This document shows, one piece after another, positions 12,703 to 27,843 of a stretch of DNA of 64,000 nt. The notes beneath the pieces are model-generated. The model saw only the letters and a list, made by a program, of their open reading frames with translations, made no database searches and had not been told where the DNA came from. This stretch comes from Eledone cirrhosa (lineage: Eukaryota). The DNA is taken from the NCBI GenBank assembly GCA_964016885.1, contig OZ024742.1:183272001-183336000 (forward strand). The letters run 5' to 3'. Made by a program: the position numbers and the translations under genes. How positions within the stretch are numbered: position 1 is the stretch's first letter; each line of letters opens with the position of its first letter.

Positions 12703-13243
12703 GGTGGCTGCCAACTCGTTTTCGAGTACGGCCACTACTTTATATCCATGTAGGAGAACCCCTACCGATGCGCTGAACAAGTGTGACTTTTTAGTCCAGC
12801 CAGCGACTTGAAAACTCTGGTACAAACACTACACTTGTGACAATTATTGACACATAGTGCTGGGCCCATGGTACCATGTGACGACAAGTGCAGAGAGATC
12901 TCCAAATATAAAGCAATGCCTATGCCGTGAAGCTTTTATAGTGAGCAAAGGCACTGCACAAAGCCAGTCCCACTCTCTTAACCAAGATGATATTTACCAA
13001 AAAGAAGAACAAGTCAACATCATTGGATACTATCAGGGTTGCAGGTGTTATATCAGAGTTTTCCTTCTCCTAGAATTCTGCCTTGACAAAGGCTAAGGGG
13101 TCATCTCTCCCGCTGATTTTGGATGGCCATTGACTCTTAAGAGCTCCTTTGCCCTTTGACAGGTTTTGTTTTTAGTCCTGCAGGATGTCCAAAGTCACCC
13201 TCCTCACCAAGAAACATGTTAGCAGTAGCACCAACTGGTGACC
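12703..13243 (-). mobile_element. Non-autonomous RTE-derived short element
   Basis: Highly similar to 54308-54914; cagagttttccttctcctag resembles RTE 5'UTR sequence in reverse; non-coding. Confidence 0.65.
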
Positions 13244-13250
13244 ATACATA

Positions 13251-13856
13251 TAGGCAATAATATATATATATATATATATATATAGGCAATAATATATATA
13301 TATATATACATGTATATATATAGGCAATAATATATATATATACATATATATAGGTAATAATATATATATATATATATATATATAGGCAATAATATATATA
13401 TATATATATATATAGGCAATAATATATATATATATATATCATAAATCATGTCTTTAGAATCATCAGATAAAATATATACCATTTCTTCTTCTAATTAGCA
13501 TAATTAACCATATAAAAAATCAATTAGATCAAGCTATAAGAAGAAAGGCTCTTATGGAGAAATCTCCGACAAATAACCGAACGTAGCCTCTTCGCGGTGG
13601 CCCCAATCGAGTATTTATCCAACATTTCGACAGTATGTAGAAATTGACTAAATATATCATCAACCATACACAATTAGGTGTAAAATTAAACTTAGAAGAA
13701 ATGCGTACATACCGTAATTATATATATATATATATATATATAGGCAATAAGATATATATATATATGTAAATATCTTTAAGTCGTTTGGAAGCCACGACAA
13801 TGCAAATGGGTAAATCTCCGGGTAATAATATATATATACATACATATATATATAGG

Positions 13857-13888
<32 letters not shown>

Positions 13889-14007
13889 GGCAATAATATA
13901 TATATATATATATATATAGGCAATAATTGTTTCTACATTTGGCACAAGGCTAGCAACTACCCAGTGCGCAATAATATATATATATATATAGGCAATAATA
14001 TATATAT
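13251..14007. repeat. Compound (TA)n-GGCAATAA repeat with inserted fragments
   Basis: About 11 copies of taggcaataa separated by TA runs. Confidence 0.85.
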
Positions 14008-15336
14008 CATCATCATCACCGTTTTACGTCCGTTCTTCCACGCTAGCATGGGTTCGATGGGTTGTTCTGTTGTGGGCATGCCCGGTTGGCTGACCTTGTT
14101 TTGCTCATACAGGAACTGATTCTGTCTTCATTTCTACAGCTGGATGCCCTTCCTATCACCAACCTCATTTACAACGAGTGCTGGGTGCTTTTTTTCCGTG
14201 GCGCCTACACGTCCACTTTACAATGTGGGCTGGGTGCTTTTTTGCCGTGGCACCTCCACGACCATTTTGCAGTGGGAGGGTATGGGGCCATATTGTCTAT
14301 ATGCTTCAGCTTGTACCCGTGGGGGGGGGGGTCTTCTGTATTACTGTGTGATGCCAGAGGTCACGGTCGTGTGTCATCGCCTTTGCGAGGTGTAATTGGG
14401 TAAGATCGGCTTTTATCACCTTATCTCGGGTCTCCCGACTCCGCGGTTTCCATCCACGTCTACTGCTCTGCACCTTTTTACGCAGCTGTCATCCTTCATA
14501 CGCATCACATGTCCATGCCAACGCAACCGCCTCTCCTGCACACAGCATTTGATTCCTCTTATGCTCAGTCTCTCTCTCAATTCATTTATGCTTTGCCGTT
14601 CACGTATATTACTATTACACATCCATCGGAGCATGCAGCCTTCGTTTCTTTCTAATCTACGCAAGTCTTCCACAGACAGTGCCCAGGTCTCACTACCATG
14701 TAACATTGTTGTTCGTATACACACATCATACAGTCTGCTTTTCATTTTGAGGGAAAAGCCTTTTGCAGCTTTTCTTAACCTAGTTATTATACTTTCCGAA
14801 CATCTACCTCCGCTGGTAATTCGATCACGTAGGTAGCAGAAGCTGTCTACTGTTTCTACAGAGCCCTCCCAGAGTTTGGTGGTACTTGTTTCCTGTGGCT
14901 GTTTGCTGCTTGCTGTCCCAACACAGCTGCTACATGTGAAGCCTACATTCTTAGTTAAGCTTCCTGAGATCCCGCTACATCTCTTATGTACCCATTGTTT
15001 TCATCTGGGGCAGAGAATGGAGTTCCTACCTACACACTGAACAAGGCCATTTCCATGAGGGGATCTGGGTTTTGTTTTCTCGTCTACTTACAAGAACCTT
15101 AGTCTTTGTCAGGTTGACTTTGAGACCCTTTCTTTCTAGTCCCTGCTTCCAAGTTTGGAATTTCTTCTCTAGTTCTACCATAGATTCAGCTATAAGTGCG
15201 AGGTCATCTGCATACAGGAGTTCCCATGGGCATCCGGTCTTAAACTCCTCCATTATTGCCTGCAGGACTATGATGAACAGGAGAGGGCTAAGAACAGAGC
15301 CCTGGTGGACACCGACCTGTACACTAAATTCCTCGC
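14008..15336 (-). mobile_element. 5'-truncated RTE LINE: RT (QGSVLSP, YADD), PHD-like finger, C-terminus, 3'UTR, (CAT)n tail
   Basis: GVHQGSVLSPLLF...WELLYADDLAL; LYDVCIRTTMLHGSETW; RLRWHGHVMRM; stops and deletions; both flanks read tatataggcaataatatatatat. Confidence 0.92.
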
Positions 15337-15367
15337 TATATATATATAGGCAATAATATATATATAT

Positions 15368-17411
<2,044 letters not shown>

Positions 17412-17476
17412 ATACAGAGTTATTAACTCATATTGATACCCTGCAATTAAACAAGTTCAAAGTATAAATACTGAGC

Positions 17477-17606
17477 ATGGCCCTTGCCATTCTGGGTTCA
17501 AATCCCGCCGAGGTTAACTTTGCCTTTTATCCTTATGGGGTTGCTAAAATAAAGTACCAGTAATACACTGGGTAATTGCTGGCCTTGTGCCAAAAGTAGA
17601 AACAAT
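17477..17606 (+). mobile_element. SINE family 1, 5'-truncated
   Basis: Core and tail match the consensus. Confidence 0.8.
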
Positions 17607-17608
17607 TA

Positions 17609-18212
17609 TATAGTAATATATGTATAAATAAACACTAAATTTTGTGTCTAAAATTACAAGGGTAGAGAATACAACAAATGTTTTAAATATTTAATCTTAA
17701 ACATACAGTAGGATATAATTTTATACTGACCGTATCAAAAACATTTCATCTCTCAGACAGATTAGAGATTTAATCTATTTCGCCCTGAAAATTGTGTTTG
17801 TAACAGATAATCTGTAGGCTATCATCAGCGAGAGATTAGATCAAATGAAACAAAACACATGTAACAGCAACCGGAGGAGTAAAAATATACTCCTCGTGGG
17901 CTGCATGCTATACGTAGTATGAGTGGTTATGCTAGAAATAATAGCCTTATCACACTCAATTTATAAGCTCACTTAGATAGGGAGCCGAAACCGCTGATGA
18001 TAGCCTACAGATTATCTGTTACAAACACAATTTTCAGGGCGAAACATATTAAATCTCTAATCTGTCTGAGAGATGAAATGTTTTTGATACGGTCAGTATA
18101 AAATTATATCCTACTGTATGTTTAAGATTAAATATTTAAAACATTTGTGGTATTCTCTACCCTCGTAATTTTAGACACGAAATTTACTGTGTTTATTTAT
18201 ACATATATTACT

Positions 18213-18215
<3 letters not shown>
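17609..18215. repeat. Inverted repeat of HHR family E pLTR-like unit (arms of about 220 nt)
   Basis: 17609-17830 is the reverse complement of 17992-18215 with few mismatches. Confidence 0.9.
17748..17836 (-). ncRNA. Full-size type I hammerhead ribozyme with a GUC site, family E
   Basis: atctctcg-CTGATGA-tagcct...agggc-GAAA-tagatta-aatctc-taatctg-TC-tgagagat: 8-bp stem I and a stable stem III. Confidence 0.85.
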
Positions 18216-18243
<28 letters not shown>

Positions 18244-18879
18244 TGCCTTTTGTATTTTTTAAAACGATAAACTGAATGATTTATTTAATTGTGAATTTAC
18301 TAGTTCACATCTCTGAATATCTCTATAAATGGGAGAACGAAAGTCGCTATATAGACTAACTACCAGATATCTTACACCCAGTTGAGTGCTTTTACTTATT
18401 CTTTTCTCAAAGGTTGTATTAATCAAAACACTGATAAATTAGCTATGTTTTGAAATGCTATACTGTATTTATAGTTTGCTGATTTCTTTCTCATGTATGT
18501 GTTACATTAAACACTGGTATATTAGTTATGTTTTGTAATTCTATATTCAATTCATTTGTTTGGGAGAGAATAGAAAAATAATTTTGTTACAAGAGAGCCT
18601 ATCAAGTAAGACGTTTGTGAAGCCTTGTTCTATTTTTTCGTGGGCAAACTACGGCTTTCTCAATAGCACACCAAATTTCAAAATTGCCTTGGATTTTTTA
18701 GTAGCACAGCCTGCTTTATGATGAACCACATCCTATGCAGCCCACCGTTCAGAAAAGATTGTCTAATTATGCATAGTTTATGTATCTAGGACAAGCTTGG
18801 GCAGAAAATACAGTAAGAGACGAAATATAACCAAGCATTGCCACTAGCACAGTTAAGGGCAGTTATTCCTCAGCATAGT

Positions 18880-19462
18880 GGTTCCCTAGACGCCAGCATG
18901 TTGTTAGCTCCATAAACTAAAACAGGCTCCCTAGATTTCAATGTATGTTGTTAGCTCCATAAACTAAAACAGGCTCCCTAGATTTCAATGTATGTTGTTA
19001 GCTCCATAAACAACAGCTACCACTGAAGCTAAAGTGAGTGGTTACCCAGATTACAATGTCTGTTGTTAGCTGCATAAATTAACATGATAAACTAACAATA
19101 GTCTCTTTAGATATCAATATATATTAGTAACATGATAAACTAACAATAGTCTCTTTAGGCCATAAACTAACAACAGACTCTTTAGCTATCAATGTATGTT
19201 AGTAACACCATAAACTAACAACAGACTCTTTAGCTATCAATGTATGTTAGTAACACCATAAACTAACAACAGACTCTTTAGCTATCAATGTATGTTAGTA
19301 ACACCATAAACTAACAACAGACTCTTTAGCTATCAATGTATGTTAGTAACACCATAAACTAACAACAGACTCTTTAGCTATCAATGTATGTTAGTAACAC
19401 CATAAACTAACAACAGACTCTTTAGATATCAATGTATATTAGTAACACCATGAACTAACAAC
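18880..19462. repeat. 48-nt minisatellite
   Basis: ccataaactaacaacagactctttagctatcaatgtatgttagtaaca in about 6 near-perfect copies plus diverged upstream units; stops in all six frames. Confidence 0.9.
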
Positions 19463-19861
19463 AGTCATACTATAGTGGATGTCGTCTTTACGGAGAGTTT
19501 GTTGTCTCTTCCAAGTCGACTTGCAATCGAGATTACATGAAACCACAGAAAGGGAGGAGGCATTGATGATATATGATAACGGTGTGGTGGTGGGAAAGTT
19601 GGTGGCAGTGGTGATGATGATGTTATACAATAACGTGTGTGTCTTTGGGGTTGTGAAGGCAAAGATATACTTTTAGATGGTTCTCTGGAGGTGGCAGTAA
19701 AAGAAATGATTTACTGAAGTCAGTCTTGACAACATGGCGTCTACACAGTTAGCAAATTATATCGAAGACTACATTCACCATTCACATACATTACATATTT
19801 ACACAACATGTATACATACACACAAGCATATACATACATCCACACATAACTTTTAAGGTTG

Positions 19862-20128
19862 TGTATCGTATCAGTTCACAAACGGTATCTCGAATAACGA
19901 ACACGCAAGCTGGTAACATCGGTTGGCAACAAGCTGGTAACATCGGTTGGCAACAAGCTTGGAGTATCGGCGGAAAAGCGTCACTTGCTGTGTAGTTAAT
20001 TCCTATGGTGATATCTATGTTTTTCAGACAGTCTCTCTCTCTGTATTTCTCTGTTAATATTTCTCGAACATTTCAGGTGGCAAACGGCCTTCGGGAACGA
20101 ATTAAATTCGTGAAGAGGTTCCACTGTA
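19862..20128 (+). mobile_element. Tigger/pogo-type MITE, 3' part
   Basis: Ends gaggttccactgta; homologous to 29657-29952. Confidence 0.7.
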
Positions 20129-20213
20129 CATATATACACAGGTCCAGATTTAAACCTTAGGATCTCGGGGCAGTTCCGGTTTGGCGGCCCCTCAGATAAT
20201 AACACACACACAG

Positions 20214-20356
<143 letters not shown>

Positions 20357-20437
20357 GGTAAACAGAAATAACAAAACAAACAGCACAGTACATGGAAGAA
20401 ATGTATTAGTTTAACGCTTGAAATAGCAGGAAGTGAG

Positions 20438-20473
20438 TCTTAACGTTTCGGGCACTAGTCCTTCATCAGAAGA
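20438..20473 (-). ncRNA. Minimal hammerhead ribozyme, family C
   Basis: tctt-CTGATGA-a-ggac-tagt-gccc-GAAA-cgtt-aaga; one stem II mismatch. Confidence 0.75.
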
Positions 20474-20670
20474 TAGAGTTAGAAATAGAAGAGAAATAGA
20501 AAGTAAAGAGTGATGAGGAAAAGGAACGATGAAAATAAAAAAAACCCCCTGAAATTCAGTGTGTGTGTGTGTACACATAAGCAGGAAGAGAGATAGAGAG
20601 GAGACAGAATAGAGAGGAAAAGATTTTAATTTTTTAAAATAATACATCATTCAAATTACTATGGTAAAAT

Positions 20671-20854
20671 AATTGTTTCTACTTTAGGCACAAGGCCAGC
20701 AATTACCCAGTGCATTACTGGTACTTTATTTTATCGACCCCGTAAGGATGAAAGGCAAAGTCAACCTCGGCGGGATTTGAACTCAGATCGTAAAGGACGT
20801 AACTATGCTGGAAAGCATGGCGTCCGACCCTCTAGCGATACTGCCAATCCACCT
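20671..20854 (-). mobile_element. SINE family 1 with TSD taaaataat
   Basis: Consensus-like copy with a flanking direct repeat. Confidence 0.88.
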
Positions 20855-21080
20855 AAAATAATGGAGGTAGCAAAGGAATGGTCACTGCATAAACACACAC
20901 ATACATACATACATACAAAATCTATAACGGTGAAAGAGACAGCCATCCAGGCGTCATTTCCATAACTATTATGTCATATCAATGAAATGATAATCGCACA
21001 TCGTATTTTCAATTATACCACCACCTCCATCTCAATACCTACAGTTGGTCGAAAGACAGACATTTGAAAGGATATTAATG

Positions 21081-21330
21081 GCTATACATATAGATTATAC
21101 TTTGTCTATACATATAAATTATACTTTGTCTATACATATAGATTATACTTTGTCTATACATATAGATTATACTTTGTCTATACATATAAATTATACTTTA
21201 TCATCTAATATTATACAACCTACAACATACTTTCGTATATACATATAAATTATACTTTATCATCTAATATCATACAACCTACAACATACTTTCGTATATA
21301 CATATAAATTATACTTTATCATATACAACC
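21081..21330. repeat. 24-nt tandem repeat grading into a longer unit
   Basis: ctatacatatagattatactttgt repeated about 5 times. Confidence 0.8.
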
Positions 21331-23366
21331 TACTTTCATTTAATAGAATAAATTACGTCATTTATTTTAATATGTAGTGTTCGATGTTATTTTTAACTCT
21401 AACCTAGTTAGCTAACTATTATTAGATGACAGCGATAAGGACAAAAACCCCAGGGCAAAAATAAAACTTATGGCATAAAATCCCTTCATTTATCAAACAA
21501 AAACCCATCCTAAAGCGCTAATAACGAAACAAAATCTATTTTTAGTCTTTATTTGCTGACATTATGCGATGTTATTTACCTGATAAACAATAAGCTAAAG
21601 CTATATAAGCACCAATATTCAACAATCATATTCAAATTTTGTATTACTTTTAATGTGGGGAGGTTTTAGTTCGACAGGGGTGGGTATTTTGCAATACGCC
21701 CGATGATATGTCAGGCACACATCAGTAGTCAGAGAACCTGCCATATCGAAACTGAAAAAATAAAGAAAATACGAAAAATCTTAAATTAAATAAATTATGA
21801 TAATCAGCCTGATACTCTCTCTCTCTTGGAGAGAAAACGGGATTATTACAGAAGCGATGGAATTATTTATTCATATTTTTCACACGAGCTGATTGCATTG
21901 TATGTGTGTGAGTGTGTATACACACACACACTATATATAAATATATATATATATGAACTATATTTTGATGAAATTAATCAGTATTTGTGTTATTTTTTAA
22001 TTAAATAAATTTTCTCTTTAAAATAATTTTTGTTTTTATTTAATAATGACTTACTGAAATTAAGGTGGGCCGGGTACATCCGTAAAATATAGGCTTTAAC
22101 GATTTGGAGAAAATTGACAACATAAGCTTGTGGATCATTGAGAGCGAGAGAGAGCAAACTACTTATCGCTGTTTTGTTTTTTTAAACCCCAAGTCGAATC
22201 GCCGAAAAATTACGAAAATTTCTTTAGCGTGTAAAATTATATTAATATCTAAATAACTAATAGCCACAGGGATTTTGGGAGATGAGTCGTATGAATAAAT
22301 TGGGAATATGGACAAAAACCCTAGGTCGAAATCTCTCTTGTCAGACCAAAAAACCCACGCAGTAAAAAAAAAAAAAAAAAAAATAAATAAAAGACCAAAA
22401 AAAATCTATTTATAGGAACGATCGACAAGATCCCAAACTTCATTCACTTACCGAGTGGGGTGGAACTCGTCATGTGGATCAAGGAAGCAATGTTTTCATT
22501 GTTGATACTAGCTACACTTTATTTTGCGTTGCTCTTTCTGCAACAACTGGTAGAAAGAGCAGCCTGAAATAAAGTGTCTTGCTCCAGGACATAACACATC
22601 GCCTGGTCCGGGAATCGAACTCATAATCTCACGATTGCGAATCCACTAACCAATAAGCCACGTGCCTTCACCTGCTATAGAATAAACTAAGATTATCCAA
22701 ATTCTGTATTATTTTCCACCATGAGATTTTTTTTTTGTTCGGTAGGGTGGGGGTTTTGTCCGTTGGGGTTTATGACATGGACCCGAATCAACGGTATCAA
22801 CAAACAAACACTTCAAAAATAATACAATCCGAAGAGAAATTGTCTTTCATTGTTGGCTTCAAACTTCAAACAATCATGTAGAATTCAAACTTCAAACAAT
22901 CACGTGGAATTTCTAAAGATACTGTTGAAAGTGCATGTCGCTTAAACCTTTTTGTTACGCCATTTATGGTGAAATACACTGCATATAGGATATTCATATT
23001 CATATTAATGTTTAATAGCAAAAAAAGTGATAGAATGAATTTCTTTGGAATTTGGTAAATCTTTTTACCCATCGCAGTATTCCCTAACTTGTGGTTATTG
23101 TGTTTTCCAGGCGGATTTTTAAAAAAATAAATTGACGCAATTTTAAATCAATTTTGGTGGTAAGTGAGCGAGGATTCAAAAGTAAAATGAAACGAACAAA
23201 AAGAAATAAAAAACGTGATGTTTGTTAGATAAAGTTTAAAAGAGAAAGTGTCCGAGGATATTTACATCGTAAGATTGCACACGACGTTCCATGAAATTCA
23301 ATGGGACTAAGTGCTTTACCATCTTTGGATATATCTTCTGATTTTTCACTACACTATACTACACAC

Positions 23367-23403
<37 letters not shown>

Positions 23404-23466
23404 CGATCCGATTTGACAAAAGTCGATCGACTGTCGATATATACATACATACATACATACATACAT

Positions 23467-23499
<33 letters not shown>

Positions 23500-23818
23500 T
23501 ATACTTTATATATATATATATATATATATATACATACATAAAGAGGGCAAAGACTGACATGGATTTGGCACCAAGAAAGTTCCACTCCGAGACACAAGCC
23601 CGGGCAAGGTTTTTGTGGAAGACCTGCAGTCCCCTCTCCACGCCACCTATCTTGTCCAAGAGAAAGGCGAAGGCTGGTGCAGCTAGGCACCAGTCATGTC
23701 GTAACTGATTTTTTCCAGATGAATGAACTGGAACAACGTGTAATAAAGGGTCTTGCTGAAGGATACTTGAATCGAACTCACAGCCACACAATTGTGAGCC
23801 CAACGCTATAACCTCTAA

Positions 23819-24002
23819 CAGACCTCTCAACTCTCCCCGTCGGACGGGGACATCTTTGGGGTGGGTGAGAGATGTCTTCTCTTGTGAAAATGGGTATAGC
23901 TTTCATTATGTAAACTCTCCCCATTTTGCCTCATTTCTCCCCGTTTTAGGGTACCTTTTTTATGGTACTCCCTGTTTGGGTTTTTAGAGGTTGGCAGGTC
24001 TG
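23819..24002. mobile_element. MITE with CAGACCTG-type TIRs
   Basis: cagacctctcaac...gttggcaggtctg; same family as 27844-28039 and 52196-52323. Confidence 0.75.
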
Positions 24003-24138
24003 TACTAAACCAAGCACCACCACACACATACATAAATGCACGTAGGGAAATAGAAAACAATACAGTAGACACACGGAAAATAAACAGGGCACAGATTAGA
24101 AAGTTGGGGAACGAACGAAAAAAGTCCTTAGACTAGAG

Positions 24139-24273
24139 CAGCCATGAGCAAATTCTGGCCCACGAGCCGCATGCGGTCTGTTTGGCTTTCTGAATAGCAC
24201 GCCTAATTTCATAATTGCCTTGAATTTTTTAGTAATGCAGCTCACTGCTCGAAAAAAAGTTTGCCCATATCTG
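24139..24273. mobile_element. hAT MITE with perfect 8-bp TSD gactagag
   Basis: cagccatgagcaaa...tttgcccatatctg flanked by gactagag on both sides. Confidence 0.8.
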
Positions 24274-24627
24274 GACTAGAGTATAATATAGTGAGCAACA
24301 CAATGAAATAAAATATAAAAATTGAAACATGGGTCTTTCGTCCGAAATAACATAAGAACACATTCAAGGAACCGTGGAAGATAGTGACGCTAGGAAGAAG
24401 AGGTTTTGAAGATTTTTATTTGAAACCGATACACAGGAAGGGGGGAGAATCGAAAAAAAAAAACAGTGAGATGCTACCCTGATAGAACCTAAAGTTCAAA
24501 ATACAAGGATAATGAGAAAGGTGGAAGTTATGGGAGATGGAGAAAGGAGAATGTATTTTACTATAGTTTCCATCTGACCAGTGCATTGTGAATGGAATTT
24601 GGTTGACAGAAACTGCAGAAGCCTTTC

Positions 24628-24753
<126 letters not shown>

Positions 24754-25516
24754 TAGACAAAGTCATAGATACACACATATATATATACTCTGGGGTCCCA
24801 AATAATAGGGGGTTGGAATAAGCAAGAGAGTTGGACATTTGCTTAAATTATTATAAGCGAGGGGAGGGATCAGTAATTGTATAGTGTACGTTCGTAAATA
24901 TGGGATTTCTTGTAATGTTCTTTTGTCATATGTAATGTTTTTTTAATGTAAAATAAAATTATTAGATTCTCCAGCTGCTGTAGCAATATGAATCACTTAA
25001 AATAAAATTTCACCGGAGCTAGATAAGCAAAATTTAATAAGGAGGTAAGGGGTGGAATAAAGGCGGAAGAGTTGGAAAAAATCTGAAAAATTAATAAGTG
25101 TATGTATGTGTGTGTATGTGTATGTGTATGTGTGTGTGGGGGATTATTCAAGATCTGAGAGTACATGCAAGTGTGTGTCTGTGTATCCGTATCTATATTT
25201 ACGTTTGTGTCTGTGTTTATAAACAGTTTGATGAAAAGAGATCGATAAAATAAGTACAAGACTTGAAAGAAATATGTACTGGGATCGATAGAATCGATTA
25301 ATTCAAGGCGGTGCTCCAGTATAGCCGCAGTCTAATGATTCAAACCAGTAAACAATAAAAGAATACACAAGTGCGCGTGAGGGTGTGTGATATAGTGGAA
25401 GGAGGAAGTATGATAAAGAAATCAACAACCACAGACATAATGCGGTAGAAGAACAAAGTGCTGAGAAAAGCTGATTAGGGACAAAAACAAAACGGCGATA
25501 TTGTAAAGGCACACAC

Positions 25517-25550
<34 letters not shown>

Positions 25551-26016
25551 GCGTGCGTGTATGTGCGTGTATGCATATATATATATATATATATATATAT
25601 AGTCGCGATTCAGGGTTTGGCGGCTGAGCTCTTGCCATTTCAGGTATTGAATTATGGTCTTACCAGTTTAAACTGGTATAATCCCGATCTCTCTCTCCAT
25701 ATATATACATATATATATATGAAATTACTTCTCTGGTAAACCAATCCAACATATACAACAAACCTCAACCAACCATGACCCTCTGTCCGAAATACAATTA
25801 CTCAGCTACAAATACCACATAGAACAATAATAGATTAATCATCTTTAATCTTTCAACAAAACATTAATACCCACAATATATTATAGCTTCAATAACAAAC
25901 ATTTTATTTTCATAGAAAAACATAAGACGAATGAAGACAAAGGAAAGCGGTGAACAAAGTATAAAAATAACAAGGGATTCAAATTTTCATATTCCGTTGA
26001 CCAACTTAGTCGCTTT

Positions 26017-26291
26017 AGTACCGCTGCTCGCAATGCAGAGGACAGGAAGACAAGCAAACACCGGGCTTGTTGGGTCGCCGTCGAAACCTCAAGCGTCCTC
26101 GGACCCCGTACAGTCGTAAAATCGGTACGTCAACAACTCGTCTAAGGAAGGAGCCCCACGAAGTGGGCTGGCTGTATCATTGGGTTTCGCTGGCCATTGT
26201 CCGCGAAAATGCCTTTGCAGTTGTGTCCGCGGGGCGCAACCGAAACACCGCCCGACCTAGGCCTAGAGCCTCTCATTTATCCATTGCCTAA
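26017..26291 (+). pseudogene. CRE-clade non-LTR retrotransposon, restriction-like endonuclease C-terminus
   Basis: STAARNAEDRKTSKH..VAVETSSVLGPRT, then a frameshift, then RKIG...EPHEVGWLYHWVSLAIVRENAFAVVSAG; fits the RLE pattern AE..K..KY, AVET.G..G, LAI.RGNA. Confidence 0.75.
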
Positions 26292-27101
26292 TCCTTGTTC
26301 TTTCCCTCACTCCCTTCTCATTTATGGCCCCTTTCCTTTACTTTCCTATATAGCCAGATCTGCCCTTTTTACTCCTTCCTCCTTTTTCATTATTTATAGA
26401 ATTAATTATGAAAACTTATTTACAAACAGAAAGAGAAATAAGAGTGTGTGAATAAAAATAAAGAAGGGGGGAGAGGTAAACTCTTGGCTGGACGGTACAT
26501 CTCAGCTGCTGACCATGGATAGTATAATAAAAGCATTGCTACGAAAAAAAGCCATCCATAAATGCAGCGTCAACCCTTCTGGGGCGAGGACTTCTTCTCT
26601 CAAGCGAGATGCCCTCGTCTAGATTTTACGGAGGAAAATAGTAATCTAGGTGCCAAGAATACCAGAAGTCTTGGTGGTAACTGACAAAAAAGGAAAGTGT
26701 CAAGTAATGACCTGTATTGTTATCTTCCGCTCCTTTGCGGCACGGACAACGATGTCTAGGTTTATGGCTGAAGCGATAATGGTTGGAAAGAAAAGGACAC
26801 CAGGCTTGTGGGGGAAAAGTGAACGAGAGGAGGTAGACAGGATAGTTACATACAACAATAGACTATAACGATACAATAGTGGTTTCTTTAGTAAATTCCA
26901 GATAGGATATTTGATAAAGAGTTTTGCTGTACTTTTTAGAAAATAAATATCCGATGTTTTTCAGCTTCATAAAACGGAGATGTTTTCATAAATCTATTTT
27001 ACACGTAGTAGTGTTGAACTGGGGAAACCGTTTTAAATATATATAATTCGGACTCCAATCCAATTGAAATTAAAAAATAAAACATTAACTACTACTAATA
27101 A

Positions 27102-27313
27102 TGGTTTCTGATTTAGGCACAAGGTCAACAAGCTTGGAGGAGGGAAAAGGAGGTTAAATCAACTGCATTACTGGCATTTTACTTTATCGAGATCTCGTAA
27201 GGATGAAAAGCAAAGCTAACCTCAGCGGGATTTGAACTCAGAAAGTAAAGGACCGTAATTATATGCCGCAAAGCATATTGCTCGATGCTCTACCGATTCG
27301 GTCAATCCACCGC
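27102..27313 (-). mobile_element. SINE family 1, older variant
   Basis: Diverged core and head. Confidence 0.75.
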
Positions 27314-27843
27314 TGAAAGATGAAAGATGCAATTCACCTTGATAAGATATCAGGTAGTTCCAATGAAAGAGTTACAATGTCTCAATAACGTGACAGACAG
27401 GACGATAAAAACATTACATGTTTCTTTAAGTGTTGTAATCAAATTATCCATGCTTCCTTTTTTTTTTTTTTTACTTTAAATGAAAAAATGGAAAAAGAAA
27501 GGAGGCGATTGTCAGAGCAGACCAACGAAACGGGACTGGCATGTGTTCAATTGTCGGGGATCCTGACTTACCATTACGGTTCGAAATCAGAAAACTAAAA
27601 TGACTCGTCGAATTCATTAGCATACACACATGGGTCGGCGGAGAAATCCTAACCCCAACATATTTGAGCGGGACATACAGAATGACTCCGTTGAATCCAA
27701 CGCAGTAATTTCGCACAGTGACGGGTAAGGAAACCATCCTTAATACAGCAAGAGTTTATACAGTAAGGTATTGCCCCTAATTATTACATACATAGATGAT
27801 ACACTCACACATACAGCAGTTATCAGCTATTGGTTATTATATA

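Noticed and set aside
13450-13475. tattttatctgatga on the minus strand resembling the family B start
   Set aside because: No stem II or GAAA follows, and the homologue near 58210 lacks the core
26480-26868. GC-richer segment as a Tx1/L1-like 3' remnant
   Set aside because: Translation similarity is too weak to call
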